The position numbers were made by a program, and so were the translations under genes. From positions 8,982-72,981 of the IMG/VR virus record IMGVR_UViG_3300045243_000070: a stretch of DNA of 64,000 nucleotides. One strand, given 5' to 3'. Position 1 is the stretch's first letter, and the number at the start of each line of letters is the position of its first letter. Below are positions 15,943-25,758 of this stretch, piece by piece. Source of the stretch: a virus. The notes under the pieces were generated by a model. It saw only the letters and a list, made by a program, of their open reading frames with translations, ran no database searches and was not told where the DNA came from.

Positions 15943-16583
15943 TTAGAGCCAACTTTCTGCTGTTTTCTCAGCTTTTTACCTTCATCACATTTGCAGTAGT
16001 TGTCTTTTGATTCATTAATATATTCCATCTTCAATAAGCCCTCACTACACTTTGTGCAAGGGCCTGGGTCTGAGTATCTTGAACCAAACCCGTTGAAATC
16101 ATCTACCGTCCCATAACTCATAGGTCTCCCGTACATGACGCTGAGGTCATACTGCCCCCTAGCTATGTATTGGTTAAATTGGGAAGAAAATAACATTGTC
16201 GGCCCATGTGTAAACTCATATCGTGTTCCTGGGTGTGAGCATATTACGGAGCCTACGTGTCTAAATGATTGGACCGTACTACCACAAACATGGCAGAGAG
16301 ATTGAACAATGTCCATTGAGTCTGGGTCTGTAGTTTTTTCTACTAAAAATTTTACATTTAGTGGTTTTTGGTATGGGGAGGAGAAGCCTTGCAAAAAATC
16401 AATACACTCACGCATTCCCCTCGTTGTTCCAGCTGCAGTGTAGATGAAAAAAGTAGTTGAGTTAGATAAGCCCAATAATCCGTTTGGATTATCTACAAAA
16501 TGAATGTCGGTAGGATTAAATCTGTACATCTTACAGACTTGAAAGAAGACATCCATGTTGGGACATATTAAAATTTGTGTCAT
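15939..16583 (-). CDS. Zn-finger module protein 1
   Basis: CTKCSEGLLKMEYINESKDNYCKCDEG. Confidence 0.75.
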   Translation of the reverse strand: MTQILICPNMDVFFQVCKMYRFNPTDIHFVDNPNGLLGLSNSTTFFIYTAAGTTRGMRECIDFLQGFSSPYQKPLNVKFLVEKTTDPDSMDIVQSLCHVCGSTVQSFRHVGSVICSHPGTRYEFTHGPTMLFSSQFNQYIARGQYDLSVMYGRPMSYGTVDDFNGFGSRYSDPGPCTKCSEGLLKMEYINESKDNYCKCDEGKKLRKQQKVGSK

Positions 16584-17164
16584 TGTTTAAATCCTCTAAA
16601 AGTCAGACTTATTCTTTCTCCACATAAAAAGCTTGCTTTCGGAATCCTATGAAGGTGGGTTTCTTGCATTCCCGCACCCATTAATAACAAGCTTCCAGAC
16701 TCTAATTTCTGTTTTTCGATTTTGGTTTTGTCATCGTTAGGACAAAACCATATTTCCCGCTCAGTGCCGAGGCTGATAACAGCTATAGGCTTATTGTCGT
16801 CTATTTCAGGTGAATCGTCCGCATGCCAACCTAGTTGGTCACGATTGTTCAGGTATAGATTTAAGAAGCAAATGTCAAAATGAACTCTCACGGAGTTAAA
16901 AAGCTCACCGAATATGAAATCAATTGACGGAATTGAAATGGATGGCATGTAAGTACGTATTCCAACACCTTTACCATAAGTATATGGGAAGTTTCCAGCT
17001 CGATTGATGTAATACTCTGAACGAGGAGTGAACTCGTGTCTTTTCCATTGAAGATTAATTCTCAAATCTTCAAATAACCCAGTTGGGTCTTGTATAAATT
17101 TAGACGTGTATTTTACGGGTGCGTTTACCATTTTTCTTAACTCTTTTTCTGTTATACTTCCCAA
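16580..17164 (-). CDS. alkB: AlkB-family 2OG-Fe(II) dioxygenase
   Basis: FLNLY...LGWHADD (HxD), ISLG..R, HRIPK, RISLTFR. Confidence 0.9.
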   Translation of the reverse strand: MGSITEKELRKMVNAPVKYTSKFIQDPTGLFEDLRINLQWKRHEFTPRSEYYINRAGNFPYTYGKGVGIRTYMPSISIPSIDFIFGELFNSVRVHFDICFLNLYLNNRDQLGWHADDSPEIDDNKPIAVISLGTEREIWFCPNDDKTKIEKQKLESGSLLLMGAGMQETHLHRIPKASFLCGERISLTFRGFKQ

Positions 17165-17604
17165 TCATTTTTCTAACCCAATTCTCTGAAACACCTTTAG
17201 GTATTTCTATCCGAATCATTTTTTCAGTAGGTGTTATATCCACGGCGCACTTTAGAGTCAATATACCTGTCTTCTTATTCTCCACAGCTTCCGCACCTTT
17301 GACATCTACCTTAAAACCATGTCTAAGGAACCAAGCATAGTCTTTGGAGTTTTTAGCTTTCTCATAGTCAGACTCCAGATAAGCTTTCATCATTTTATGT
17401 TCATCTCCCTAAGTCTGGACGCACAATTGTGGGTATCTCCAAAAGCCCAATCAAATAAACGACCTAGCCATCCGATGTCAGCGTTACACCTCTGGCAGTG
17501 GTGGCTCGGATATTTTGGTAGATCAAATCCTAGCTTTAAATAACACGGAGTGCAATACGTGTTCATTGGGGATGTTGGTCTTCCACACTTAATACATTCT
17601 TGTC

Positions 17605-17868
17605 TCATACTGCCCTCATGTACTGTACCATCTGTGGGTCCTCTTTAGACTCAATACCAGAACCTTTACACTCATCGCATACTTCTTCTCTGTCGCAGTT
17701 CTTACCACATGCCGTATCTGTGCAGTCGGGGGCATGGACTTTAATCTTTTTCGACCCCTTACATCTGGAGCAATAAACTTGGTACGAACCCATACCCCAA
17801 GTTGCGTACATTTGGTATGTTGTAGATGACGATGCCGTACCAGATGTTGTTCCCAAAAATGTTGACAT
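17605..17868 (-). CDS. DnaJ-type Cys-rich Zn-finger protein
   Basis: CSRCKGS...CDECKGSG (CxxCxGxG). Confidence 0.6.
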   Translation of the reverse strand: MSTFLGTTSGTASSSTTYQMYATWGMGSYQVYCSRCKGSKKIKVHAPDCTDTACGKNCDREEVCDECKGSGIESKEDPQMVQYMRAV

Positions 17869-18520
17869 ATTTTCCTCTAAAAAAGAAACTTTGGTTCAGT
17901 CATAACGGGGGTGTACTCCGCTTCACGGTATCTTGCAGCCCTAAGAGTGATTCTCCCGGTTGAAAGTAGTTCCTCGCAACTGTGGCAAAGTAGATGACCA
18001 AAATCAGTCATCGAAACAGCCTTATTAAAACACGCATGCCCAACCGGGGTTTCACCAATATACCTATTTTGGTCAATGAGCCCATCGCATCTGCACATTT
18101 GGTTTACTGGGAATATTTTTAGCTTCATTAAACCTCGATTGTTTCAAAATACTTTCTATCGTCTTCGTCCCATTCATTTCTGTAGATTACTTCTGCTTCC
18201 TCGCTTCCAGCCAAGTAAGCTCTTTTAAAACACTTATGGTGATAGTAAGCATCCCACTCAAAACTGAAAGACCACTTATCGTGATCCCCGTCTTGGTGGC
18301 AAAACCAACACCCTCCTTGGCTTGGGAAAGATTTAGCCATTACTAAGCCTTTTTCTTGCTTGGTGGGACTAAGTAGAACACGTTATTGTGGTCCCTCATG
18401 TGAGTTTCCACAATCTCCTTAGTATCTTCCATCGTTGGTTGGGCGATACCAAAATTTTGTTTACAAACCGTGCAGCTGAGTAGTGTGTAATCTCCTTTTG
18501 GATTTACCTTATCTTCCATT

Positions 18521-18826
18521 TTATACCCACTTAACTTTTATTTTAAAGCCTTTTGCCTTTTCAATCAACTTGGTCAGAGCGTTTGGCGATGGGGCTATTA
18601 CTTCTTTCTCCTCATCAAACGTAGTAGTCGGCCCACCATTCTCTTTGTACTTGGCTACCAGGAGGGTGATAGACTCCTGCATTCTTTTTTCCGTGAACCC
18701 AAGGTCACACATCTTTCTGACAACCATCCCATAAGAGAAGCACACATCATTTGGAGAATCCAAATTTTGAAGCATAAGGTAAATAGCTTTTAGGTTGTCT
18801 ATCTTTTTGAACTGCTCTTCGTTCAT
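18521..18826 (-). CDS. hypothetical protein
   Basis: translationally coupled ORF in the minus-strand run. Confidence 0.6.
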   Translation of the reverse strand: MNEEQFKKIDNLKAIYLMLQNLDSPNDVCFSYGMVVRKMCDLGFTEKRMQESITLLVAKYKENGGPTTTFDEEKEVIAPSPNALTKLIEKAKGFKIKVKWV

Positions 18827-19191
18827 TTGTAAACCACCTTGATTTTAAGCTTCTTTAGGAAGTTGGAAATCTTCGATGTTTTTGGTTGAGTATCTTCTTT
18901 ACCATCTTCGGTTATTTTTTCATCTCCAGTAATTCCCCAAGCCTTAATAAGGTCTTTACTATTTGATATTCTTTCGGCTTCTCGTAACTTATCTCTCAGG
19001 GATTTAAATTTTTCCCAAATAGCTTTTTTCTCAACATCTGTGAAACAATGAGACTTGGGCCACGTGTCTATGTATTTCTCACCATTGGCTATCCACAACT
19101 CCTGACCGCTTTTAATGTGTTTTATAGTATGCTCGTCTAATCTCCACTTTGACGTGTCGTTTAATTCCGACAGTATGAACTTAGCTAACAT
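18823..19191 (-). CDS. hypothetical protein
   Basis: AGGAG RBS; ELWIANG motif. Confidence 0.65.
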   Translation of the reverse strand: MLAKFILSELNDTSKWRLDEHTIKHIKSGQELWIANGEKYIDTWPKSHCFTDVEKKAIWEKFKSLRDKLREAERISNSKDLIKAWGITGDEKITEDGKEDTQPKTSKISNFLKKLKIKVVYK

Positions 19192-19533
19192 TTTGTCTCC
19201 TCATATACTCAGAAAATTCTTTATCGGTCATGACAACCCAGTTTAAAATTTCTAGGTGAGCCATCAACAAGAATTTTATTTGATCTGAGCTCACTGTTTT
19301 TAATTGAGCTTCGTTTCTACGAATCATTTCCCTTATTTCAAGTTCGCTTTTCATCTCTTGGAACCTTTACCTCGACCTTGCACTTTGCTATGCCCAAGGC
19401 TATGTCCCTTAAAGTTTCGACAGCGTATTCCCAATTTGGGACAGCGCCTCTGTGTTCACATAAAACCATACACAGACCAGCCAGCTTTCCAGCGGTCTCC
19501 ATGTTTCGTCCTTCAATCTCTTTTTTACTAATT

Positions 19534-19899
19534 TTAGTTTTCATCTTCTTTCATTTCCACACTATATCCAACCAAGTTTTGTTTTTCATATGTGTAAACA
19601 CTTTCACCAATAGTGATTATTAGCTCCGACTCAGTGTCTACGAGTGTGTATTTCCTGAATTGAGTAGCGTCCAAGCCGGAAGCGTGAACAGTTAGGACTT
19701 TGGAGTATGTTTTCGGTGTTTCGGTAGGTGTGGGCTCAGGTGTAGCTTCTGGCTCTTGGGGTTGCGACTTTGGAAGTGCTTGCTCCTGAGAATTGCCGTC
19801 ATCGTCATGATACTTGTGGTGATTCTCATTGTTGCCACATCCCTGCGACACTATTCCTATAAGCATCAGCAAACAAACGAGCATTACATTCTTTTTCAT
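19534..19899 (-). CDS. putative lipoprotein
   Basis: MKKNVMLVCLLMLIGIVSQG-C lipobox-like signal, then a P/E/T-rich linker; GGGAG RBS. Confidence 0.65.
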   Translation of the reverse strand: MKKNVMLVCLLMLIGIVSQGCGNNENHHKYHDDDGNSQEQALPKSQPQEPEATPEPTPTETPKTYSKVLTVHASGLDATQFRKYTLVDTESELIITIGESVYTYEKQNLVGYSVEMKEDEN

Positions 19900-20109
19900 G
19901 AGTCTCCCTTTTATGTCCAAATCCACAAATACAGCACCTAATCATCCCTCCGGTATCGTATTTGTGGTAACTGAAACTACCTTCTTGTCCACAACCAAAA
20001 CAATGATCGAAAAACAATTTTCCATACATTGGGCCACATTCAACGCAAGTTTCCCAAGGAGTAACACAATGGTAGCACTCTAGCTGTCCAAAACAATCCC
20101 TAGTAACTC

Positions 20110-20334
20110 TCATAGAACATCCTCTTTAATTTCGTCCCAAAAAAGACCTATCCCTAGAAATACTCCGAGCAATACACAGAACCAAACGGACAAAGCGTTG
20201 TTGGTCCCATAGTCTCTATCCAATGAAGACAGCATACCATCAACCACCCCCAATGTCAAGGAGAAAAACAATAAAATAAACACACGAAATTGATACCAGC
20301 CCCGGTCTGAAAAAGAAGGGTTTCTTCTAGGCAT
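20110..20334 (-). CDS. two-TM membrane protein
   Basis: two hydrophobic helices. Confidence 0.6.
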   Translation of the reverse strand: MPRRNPSFSDRGWYQFRVFILLFFSLTLGVVDGMLSSLDRDYGTNNALSVWFCVLLGVFLGIGLFWDEIKEDVL

Positions 20335-20772
20335 TTTGACCCTCTAGTTTAGGCGATTCAATAAGTCTTTGGATATCATCATCCAGGTCTTGAACCCGAA
20401 TGATGACTCCACAAGACTCACCCTTTTCATTATGTGTTTGTAATACTCCTACCCTGTCATTTGCGTCCATAACCCCTCATTTACATAAATCGTTATACTT
20501 CCACTCGTACTCTTTCAGTCTCTTTATCTCTTCCCTTAACTTTTCTATGTCATCGACCTCTTGAACCGGAGGAGGTTCAACCTCTTCATCACAATCAGAA
20601 CATACCCATCCGATATCTACCCACTTATCACTGTCTTTTACAAACTCGTGGAATCTGGCTTGGTGTGAACACTTTTCTTCGGGAAGCACAAGCCTATGGT
20701 CACCACCAATGGCGTGATTTTTATGATTGTAAGGTTCGTGGCAAAAATCACAAATAATTATTTTTTCAGAAC

Positions 20773-21171
20773 TCATCGTTTTGAAACTCTCTGTCTATTA
20801 AAAATAACCGCCATCATGTGACGCAGCTCTTTTACTGGTGAGGATTTCTTATCTTTTTGAACTCTCTCTGCTGTCCAGTACTTATCATTTTCGTGTCTCC
20901 CATACCAAGGAACGGCATGTTCGTGGTAACACTCCATGAGCCCGCCAAATTCAAAACACTCCCCATCTTGAAACTCATCTCTAATCCAAACACAGGCTTC
21001 TTTACATATAGCGTGTTGCTTATAACTGGAGAACTCTCCGTCCCAAACCCCAGAACACACAACGTACTTTTCACCGGGGTTAATTACAACCCCACACTCA
21101 CAACATCTATGTGATTTCCTGGCGGTTGGGGTATCCATTTTATATATTTCTGGTACGGAGCAATCAGTCAT
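20773..21171 (-). CDS. conserved Cys-rich phage protein
   Basis: ARKSHRCCECGVVINPGEKY...GVWDGEF. Confidence 0.75.
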   Translation of the reverse strand: MTDCSVPEIYKMDTPTARKSHRCCECGVVINPGEKYVVCSGVWDGEFSSYKQHAICKEACVWIRDEFQDGECFEFGGLMECYHEHAVPWYGRHENDKYWTAERVQKDKKSSPVKELRHMMAVIFNRQRVSKR

Positions 21172-21174
21172 TTC

Positions 21175-21672
21175 TTACCTCACACTGAATAAACAAGCAT
21201 CGGCATCTTCGGGGAATGGGAACCCAAGACTGGCACAACCCATCCACCCCTTACGTATTTTTCTAGCCAAATCCCAGCTGAGCTTTCTAGCATGACCGTT
21301 ACTCAGGTCTCTACGATTCCACATCAACATTTTCGCAGAGTCGAAAGTCTTCACATCAGCCAGACTTGCTGGTTCCACGATGACATTATCGTAGGGGGCC
21401 ATTCGACCAACGCAAAGAACGTAGTCGGCCCCAGCTTTGAACGAAGCTTCAACACTTTCGTTAGTCCTGTGGATACCCTTAGCCATGATTATTTTGTCGG
21501 TCATACCTCTAGCCATGCGAAGGGTTTCCAACGACCCTCCCCACGGCTCTTCGGTATGAATCGAAATCCAATCACCCTGTTCGATGGCTTTCTTAATGAG
21601 CTCTTCCATCGGGAGCCAAGATATGACACCCTCCCACGGGGATTTCTTTTTCGCTTCAGCTATGCGTATCAT
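21175..21672 (-). CDS. minimal indole-3-glycerol-phosphate synthase (TrpC)-like TIM-barrel protein
   Basis: IAEAKKKSP (cf. IAEvKkaSPS), ISIHTEEPWGGSLETL (cf. SVLTE..F.GSl..L), GADYVL, NRRDL (cf. NNRDL), ADACL. Confidence 0.75.
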   Translation of the reverse strand: MIRIAEAKKKSPWEGVISWLPMEELIKKAIEQGDWISIHTEEPWGGSLETLRMARGMTDKIIMAKGIHRTNESVEASFKAGADYVLCVGRMAPYDNVIVEPASLADVKTFDSAKMLMWNRRDLSNGHARKLSWDLARKIRKGWMGCASLGFPFPEDADACLFSVR

Positions 21673-22109
21673 TAGTCGATACTGTAAATTGATTCGAGTG
21701 CATGACCATACTTTGTGGTCAAACGAATTCGGTCAGCTTGGGTAAGTAATCCCATACGGTCTGGGGATAGGTTATCAAAGATATCGTGAATCTTGACTTC
21801 TCTGGCATCGTGGTTACGCTTCACTCTGCCGTAATACTGGTCTCTTGATTCGTCTTTCTTATAGGTCATCGCCTCTACGCCTTCGACCACACGCTCTGGA
21901 AATCCAGCACTTCTAAGATTATCGATAGTAACTGAGGTGTCTTCCACAACGTCATGGAGTACAGCGATAGCCATAAGATAGGGGTCTTTGAAGGTAGCCA
22001 TTACACGCAAGGGGTGAAGGATGTAGGGCATGCCAGACTTGTCCATCTGTCCCTGATGGGCCTGTACAGAAACTTCAACCGCTTTACCTACCATTTCCCA
22101 TTGGTTCAT
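21672..22109 (-). CDS. RelA/SpoT-type HD hydrolase (Mesh1/small alarmone hydrolase-like)
   Basis: AHQGQMDKSGMPYILHP, LHDVVEDT, VKIHDIFDN. Confidence 0.85.
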   Translation of the reverse strand: MNQWEMVGKAVEVSVQAHQGQMDKSGMPYILHPLRVMATFKDPYLMAIAVLHDVVEDTSVTIDNLRSAGFPERVVEGVEAMTYKKDESRDQYYGRVKRNHDAREVKIHDIFDNLSPDRMGLLTQADRIRLTTKYGHALESIYSID

Positions 22110-22429
22110 TGTTCGTTCTCCAGTCTTCGTCTTTCTAGCTCTACGAGTGTTTCGGCTATTTCCTCGACCGACCCGTTCTTTACGACAGCCTCTCCATTCA
22201 CTTTGATGTGAGAAAAGTCCGTCTCTTTCAACCCGCATTTCTTAACCACTAGCGGTGTCACTATCACATTGTACCCAGAAGTGATGTACTTGTCAACAAG
22301 TTCTTTTACATTATCTGGAGGTATCTCGATTTTAATAAGAATTATATCCCCTTCAGGTTTTACGTCTGGGTCCTCAAAAAACACCATTATTAGGTTATGA
22401 GCCTCGGATAGCGCTATATTCAACAACAT
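22106..22429 (-). CDS. hypothetical protein
   Basis: coupled ORF in the run. Confidence 0.55.
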   Translation of the reverse strand: MLLNIALSEAHNLIMVFFEDPDVKPEGDIILIKIEIPPDNVKELVDKYITSGYNVIVTPLVVKKCGLKETDFSHIKVNGEAVVKNGSVEEIAETLVELERRRLENEQ

Positions 22430-22625
22430 TGGTAGTCTCCTTGGCTAGATGTTCAGATAATACCCAATACTCTTTGCAATCACACCATTCCATCTTCCCA
22501 GTTTCTTTGTTAGGCCTTCTCCACATACACTGCCCAACTTTCCCACCATACACGTGAGGCCCTCTTCGATGACCGCACTCGCACCTGGGCCACGGAGGAT
22601 TATGGACGTTATTTATACCCACCAT
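22395..22625 (-). CDS. small Cys/His Zn-binding protein
   Basis: CECGHRRGPH...QC...CDCKEY. Confidence 0.6.
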   Translation of the reverse strand: MVGINNVHNPPWPRCECGHRRGPHVYGGKVGQCMWRRPNKETGKMEWCDCKEYWVLSEHLAKETTNVVEYSAIRGS

Positions 22626-23093
22626 TACTTATTGTCCTTTTTATATCCCCAAATAAGTCTTTGTAGGTTAGTCGGTTCGTTACTATCAACTAACTTACAA
22701 AAACTTACCCAAACAAAAATACCGAATAAAAAATAATTAACGTGGTCCCAACATAAAAATAAGGCTAAGGACATTAAAGCGATAGCTTGAGCTATATTAA
22801 ACTTTTTGGTGAACTTATACGGTTTTCCCACTTAAGCCCCCAGTAACTGTTCGAGAAGGATTGTGTAGGTGTACCCACACTCATCGCACTCATAAACTAT
22901 CGAATCTATAGTTTTTTCTTTGAATACCATCAAAACCTTGTTGCAGTAACACTTCTCATACAAATCTTCGAGAGACCTCATCTATATTTCCCCTTTCCCG
23001 CTAGGTCGTTTTGAGTGTTTCTGTCGTCCCCTCACCGAGGAGATGAATTTCTTTATAACTGTCCAACACAGTAGGCATGTCAGCATTAATACC

Positions 23094-23372
23094 TCAACCC
23101 TTTAGAGCGTCTAGACAACCTTTTATTTGAGCCTTTGTAAGCTTAGTCTTGTTGATGTAGGCCATCTCCATTACAGGTAAGCCCTTCATTCGACCCGTCT
23201 CATGGATTCCAATTATTTCACCTGTCATGATGTTGCAGTTTGAGCCAACATCCCGAATACCGCCTACCCTACAGCCCAATGATTTTTTTCCAATGGGTGT
23301 CGACCAGACGCATTTACTGCAATTGGTCGGCCCCTTCTTAGCTTGCTCTAGAACGCTTTTCATATCTTTCAC
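23094..23372 (-). CDS. hypothetical protein with its own promoter
   Basis: TTGACA-17-TACACT at 23373-23401 immediately upstream. Confidence 0.6.
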   Translation of the reverse strand: MKDMKSVLEQAKKGPTNCSKCVWSTPIGKKSLGCRVGGIRDVGSNCNIMTGEIIGIHETGRMKGLPVMEMAYINKTKLTKAQIKGCLDALKG

Positions 23373-23397
23373 AGTGTACCATACCCTTAACCATTTG

Positions 23398-23757
23398 TCA
23401 ACTCTTTTTATTCAGTATCCCCGTCAGTTTCTTAATGTTCCCGTACTTCATAATAAGCTTAGGCCGAACCCCTTGGATAGGACCATACTTGATAATAGCT
23501 TCAATTTCTGGGCTTAATTTTACTGGTTCGGGTTCAACTTTTACCTCTTCCAATACTACTTCCTCTGGGGCCTTAGGCTTTTTATTAGCTATCCGTTTCA
23601 GCCTTTCTCTTCTTTTCTTATCTTCCACCCTTCTTTGCTCTAATGAGACCACTCTTTGGCATTCCCTACAGTGAGTTGGGATTGACATCGCAAAGTTGTA
23701 GTACTCAAATTCGTTTCCACAGCCATCGCACGTTTTCTTTTCCATGTTGTCGTACAT
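23398..23757 (-). CDS. Zn-ribbon hypothetical protein
   Basis: CDGC...CREC followed by a basic coiled region. Confidence 0.6.
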   Translation of the reverse strand: MYDNMEKKTCDGCGNEFEYYNFAMSIPTHCRECQRVVSLEQRRVEDKKRRERLKRIANKKPKAPEEVVLEEVKVEPEPVKLSPEIEAIIKYGPIQGVRPKLIMKYGNIKKLTGILNKKS

Positions 23758-23789
23758 TAACTACTCTTTTCAATACCTTAATTTAACCC

Positions 23790-24677
23790 TTAAAAATTAT
23801 CAACCTTTAGGTAGTCGTGGAACTCTTCTTCTTTATGGTATGCCCTAATCTTATCGTAGGCCTCAAGTTTCCAATTATGGACGGTCTGGACACTGACACC
23901 GTATTTTTTTGCAAGGGCACGACCACTATAAGCCACTCCGTCTTTAAGGCCGAAAAGACTTGCCAGTACCGTCCCGTAATGTGATTTTTCCAAAATCTTT
24001 CTGACCTTTGTTTTGAGTTTCTTCTCACCATCAGAATTTTCAATCTCACGTAATGGGGACTCAGTACAAAGACCATGATCGTATCTCGGAAAAGACTCTC
24101 CGCTACCATCAACATTAGCGATGGTAATATCGCAATACATAGTGTTTGTTTTTAAGAGGATTGATTCGAGAGGGTGACCTTTGTACTTTTTACCAAACAT
24201 TTTATGAATATCCTGTTCGGTCAGTCTTCCCTTTTCGTTCTCAATACTTTTCAACTTGTTTTTAAAGCTGTTTGCGACTCCAGATAGGTTTGCCGGAGTT
24301 CTAATAAGAGTCGAGTTACTGTTTAGGGCATATATAATCTGTCTCTTAATCCAGAAATAGGCGTAAGTGCTGAACCGGATTTTTCTTTTGTATCTCCATT
24401 TGGTGGCAGCTTTCATAAGACCGACATTACCATCTGAGATTAAGTCTTCGTAACTAATCCCCTTATTTTGATACTTACTAGCCACATGTACGACCAGTCC
24501 GAGGTTTGCGGTAACCAAATCTTCTATAGCCTTTTTATCTCCTCTCTCTATTTTTTTACCTAGAGATTTCTCTTCTTCGTGGCTAATTCGACTGAACCTA
24601 GAAATATCCCGTAGATATAGCTTTATATTTGATATTTTATATTTGACATGTGGTTCATTGCTTGAAATATCGTTCAT
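23790..24677 (-). CDS. phage-encoded sigma70-family RNA polymerase sigma factor
   Basis: region 1.2 LYLRDI..EEE, region 2 ANLGLVVHVASKY..DLISDGNVGLMKA..RFSTYAYFWIK, C-terminal HTH. Confidence 0.92.
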   Translation of the reverse strand: MNDISSNEPHVKYKISNIKLYLRDISRFSRISHEEEKSLGKKIERGDKKAIEDLVTANLGLVVHVASKYQNKGISYEDLISDGNVGLMKAATKWRYKRKIRFSTYAYFWIKRQIIYALNSNSTLIRTPANLSGVANSFKNKLKSIENEKGRLTEQDIHKMFGKKYKGHPLESILLKTNTMYCDITIANVDGSGESFPRYDHGLCTESPLREIENSDGEKKLKTKVRKILEKSHYGTVLASLFGLKDGVAYSGRALAKKYGVSVQTVHNWKLEAYDKIRAYHKEEEFHDYLKVDNF

Positions 24678-24889
24678 GTAATTCCTTTTGTTTAATTTGG
24701 TGGTTCATCATAAGCCTTTAATCTAGTTTTCCTTTAGCTAAATCAATTACGAAATTCAATGTCATTAATGTATTTTTGCACTCTAAAGCATCTTCAAAAT
24801 TTTCTCTCCCGGCATACTCTTCCATGCACTTTTGAGTAACCTTTATTTCTTGTTCAAGCTCCTCTATTAGCTTCTTCGTAGGCTTAAGC

Positions 24890-25270
24890 TTAGGTGTTTT
24901 CATTTATTTCAACCCCATCCGGCCCACACGTCACAGCGTATACAGAAGCTGGGCCTTCATAGTCGTTCCACTTGGTTGGGCCACTATCCCCCACAGTTAT
25001 GTCGAAAGCGTGTTCCATGTCATCTTGATGGTCAAACAGGAAGAATCCGAAACCATTAATGAAGATTGTTTCATTCTCTGGGTATCGAAGATATGGCGCT
25101 GCTTGGTGATATTCGGCGATTGAGTTTGGGAACTCCCCAGACTTGTGGCCTAAGGAGACGTACATCCCGAACTTACCGAGCTTCTTACAAAGAGCACAGA
25201 GGCTTTGAGCCCCACCCGTATCCAAAATAGCATAAACTTCTGAGATTGGAACTGATTTAGCATCGTTCAT
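24890..25270 (-). CDS. hypothetical phage protein
   Basis: TVGDSGPTKWNDYEGPASVYA...GPDG..NENT. Confidence 0.65.
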   Translation of the reverse strand: MNDAKSVPISEVYAILDTGGAQSLCALCKKLGKFGMYVSLGHKSGEFPNSIAEYHQAAPYLRYPENETIFINGFGFFLFDHQDDMEHAFDITVGDSGPTKWNDYEGPASVYAVTCGPDGVEINENT

Positions 25271-25485
25271 TTTATTTCCACCTTACTTTGAGTTTCAATC
25301 CAGACGTGAGCCCCACACTTTAATGGGGAACAAGGCTGATATACAATTTTGCTCGGCCCTAACATCTTAACCTCATTAGCGTAAGTGTTACTTTTGTAGG
25401 TCTTCACAGTTATGACTGGTAGAGAAGACCCAGTTTTTCTGTTTTTCTTTATGTTATGCTGATTGACGTGGATGATGGTTTTCAT
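25267..25485 (-). CDS. conserved small phage protein
   Basis: MKTIIHVNQHNI...PLKCGAHVWIET. Confidence 0.75.
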   Translation of the reverse strand: MKTIIHVNQHNIKKNRKTGSSLPVITVKTYKSNTYANEVKMLGPSKIVYQPCSPLKCGAHVWIETQSKVEIK

Positions 25486-25758
25486 ATGTCATCAGCTCTT
25501 TGTTGGTGACAATCATCACATAAATTCATTGGGATGTCCTCCCCATTGATTTCAAGAGCGAAAGGACAACATGTGTATTTTACTGTTTCATTCTTCTCAC
25601 CGCAGTCATCACATGTCAATAGATTGGGATTTCCAACTTCTTCTGTCATTCTTCACCTTTTTCTTTTTATTTGGCACGACCTTGGGGCTGGGATTGAACC
25701 CCCAGACAACACGTCTCTTTTTAGGTTTTCCCAGCCTTATCTTTTCGGTCTTCAACTT

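Noticed and set aside
15231-16583. Diversity-generating retroelement TR/VR explanation for the shared Zn-finger segments
   Set aside because: Differences are not adenine-specific and include synonymous changes, all copies are coding, and there is no reverse transcriptase in the window.
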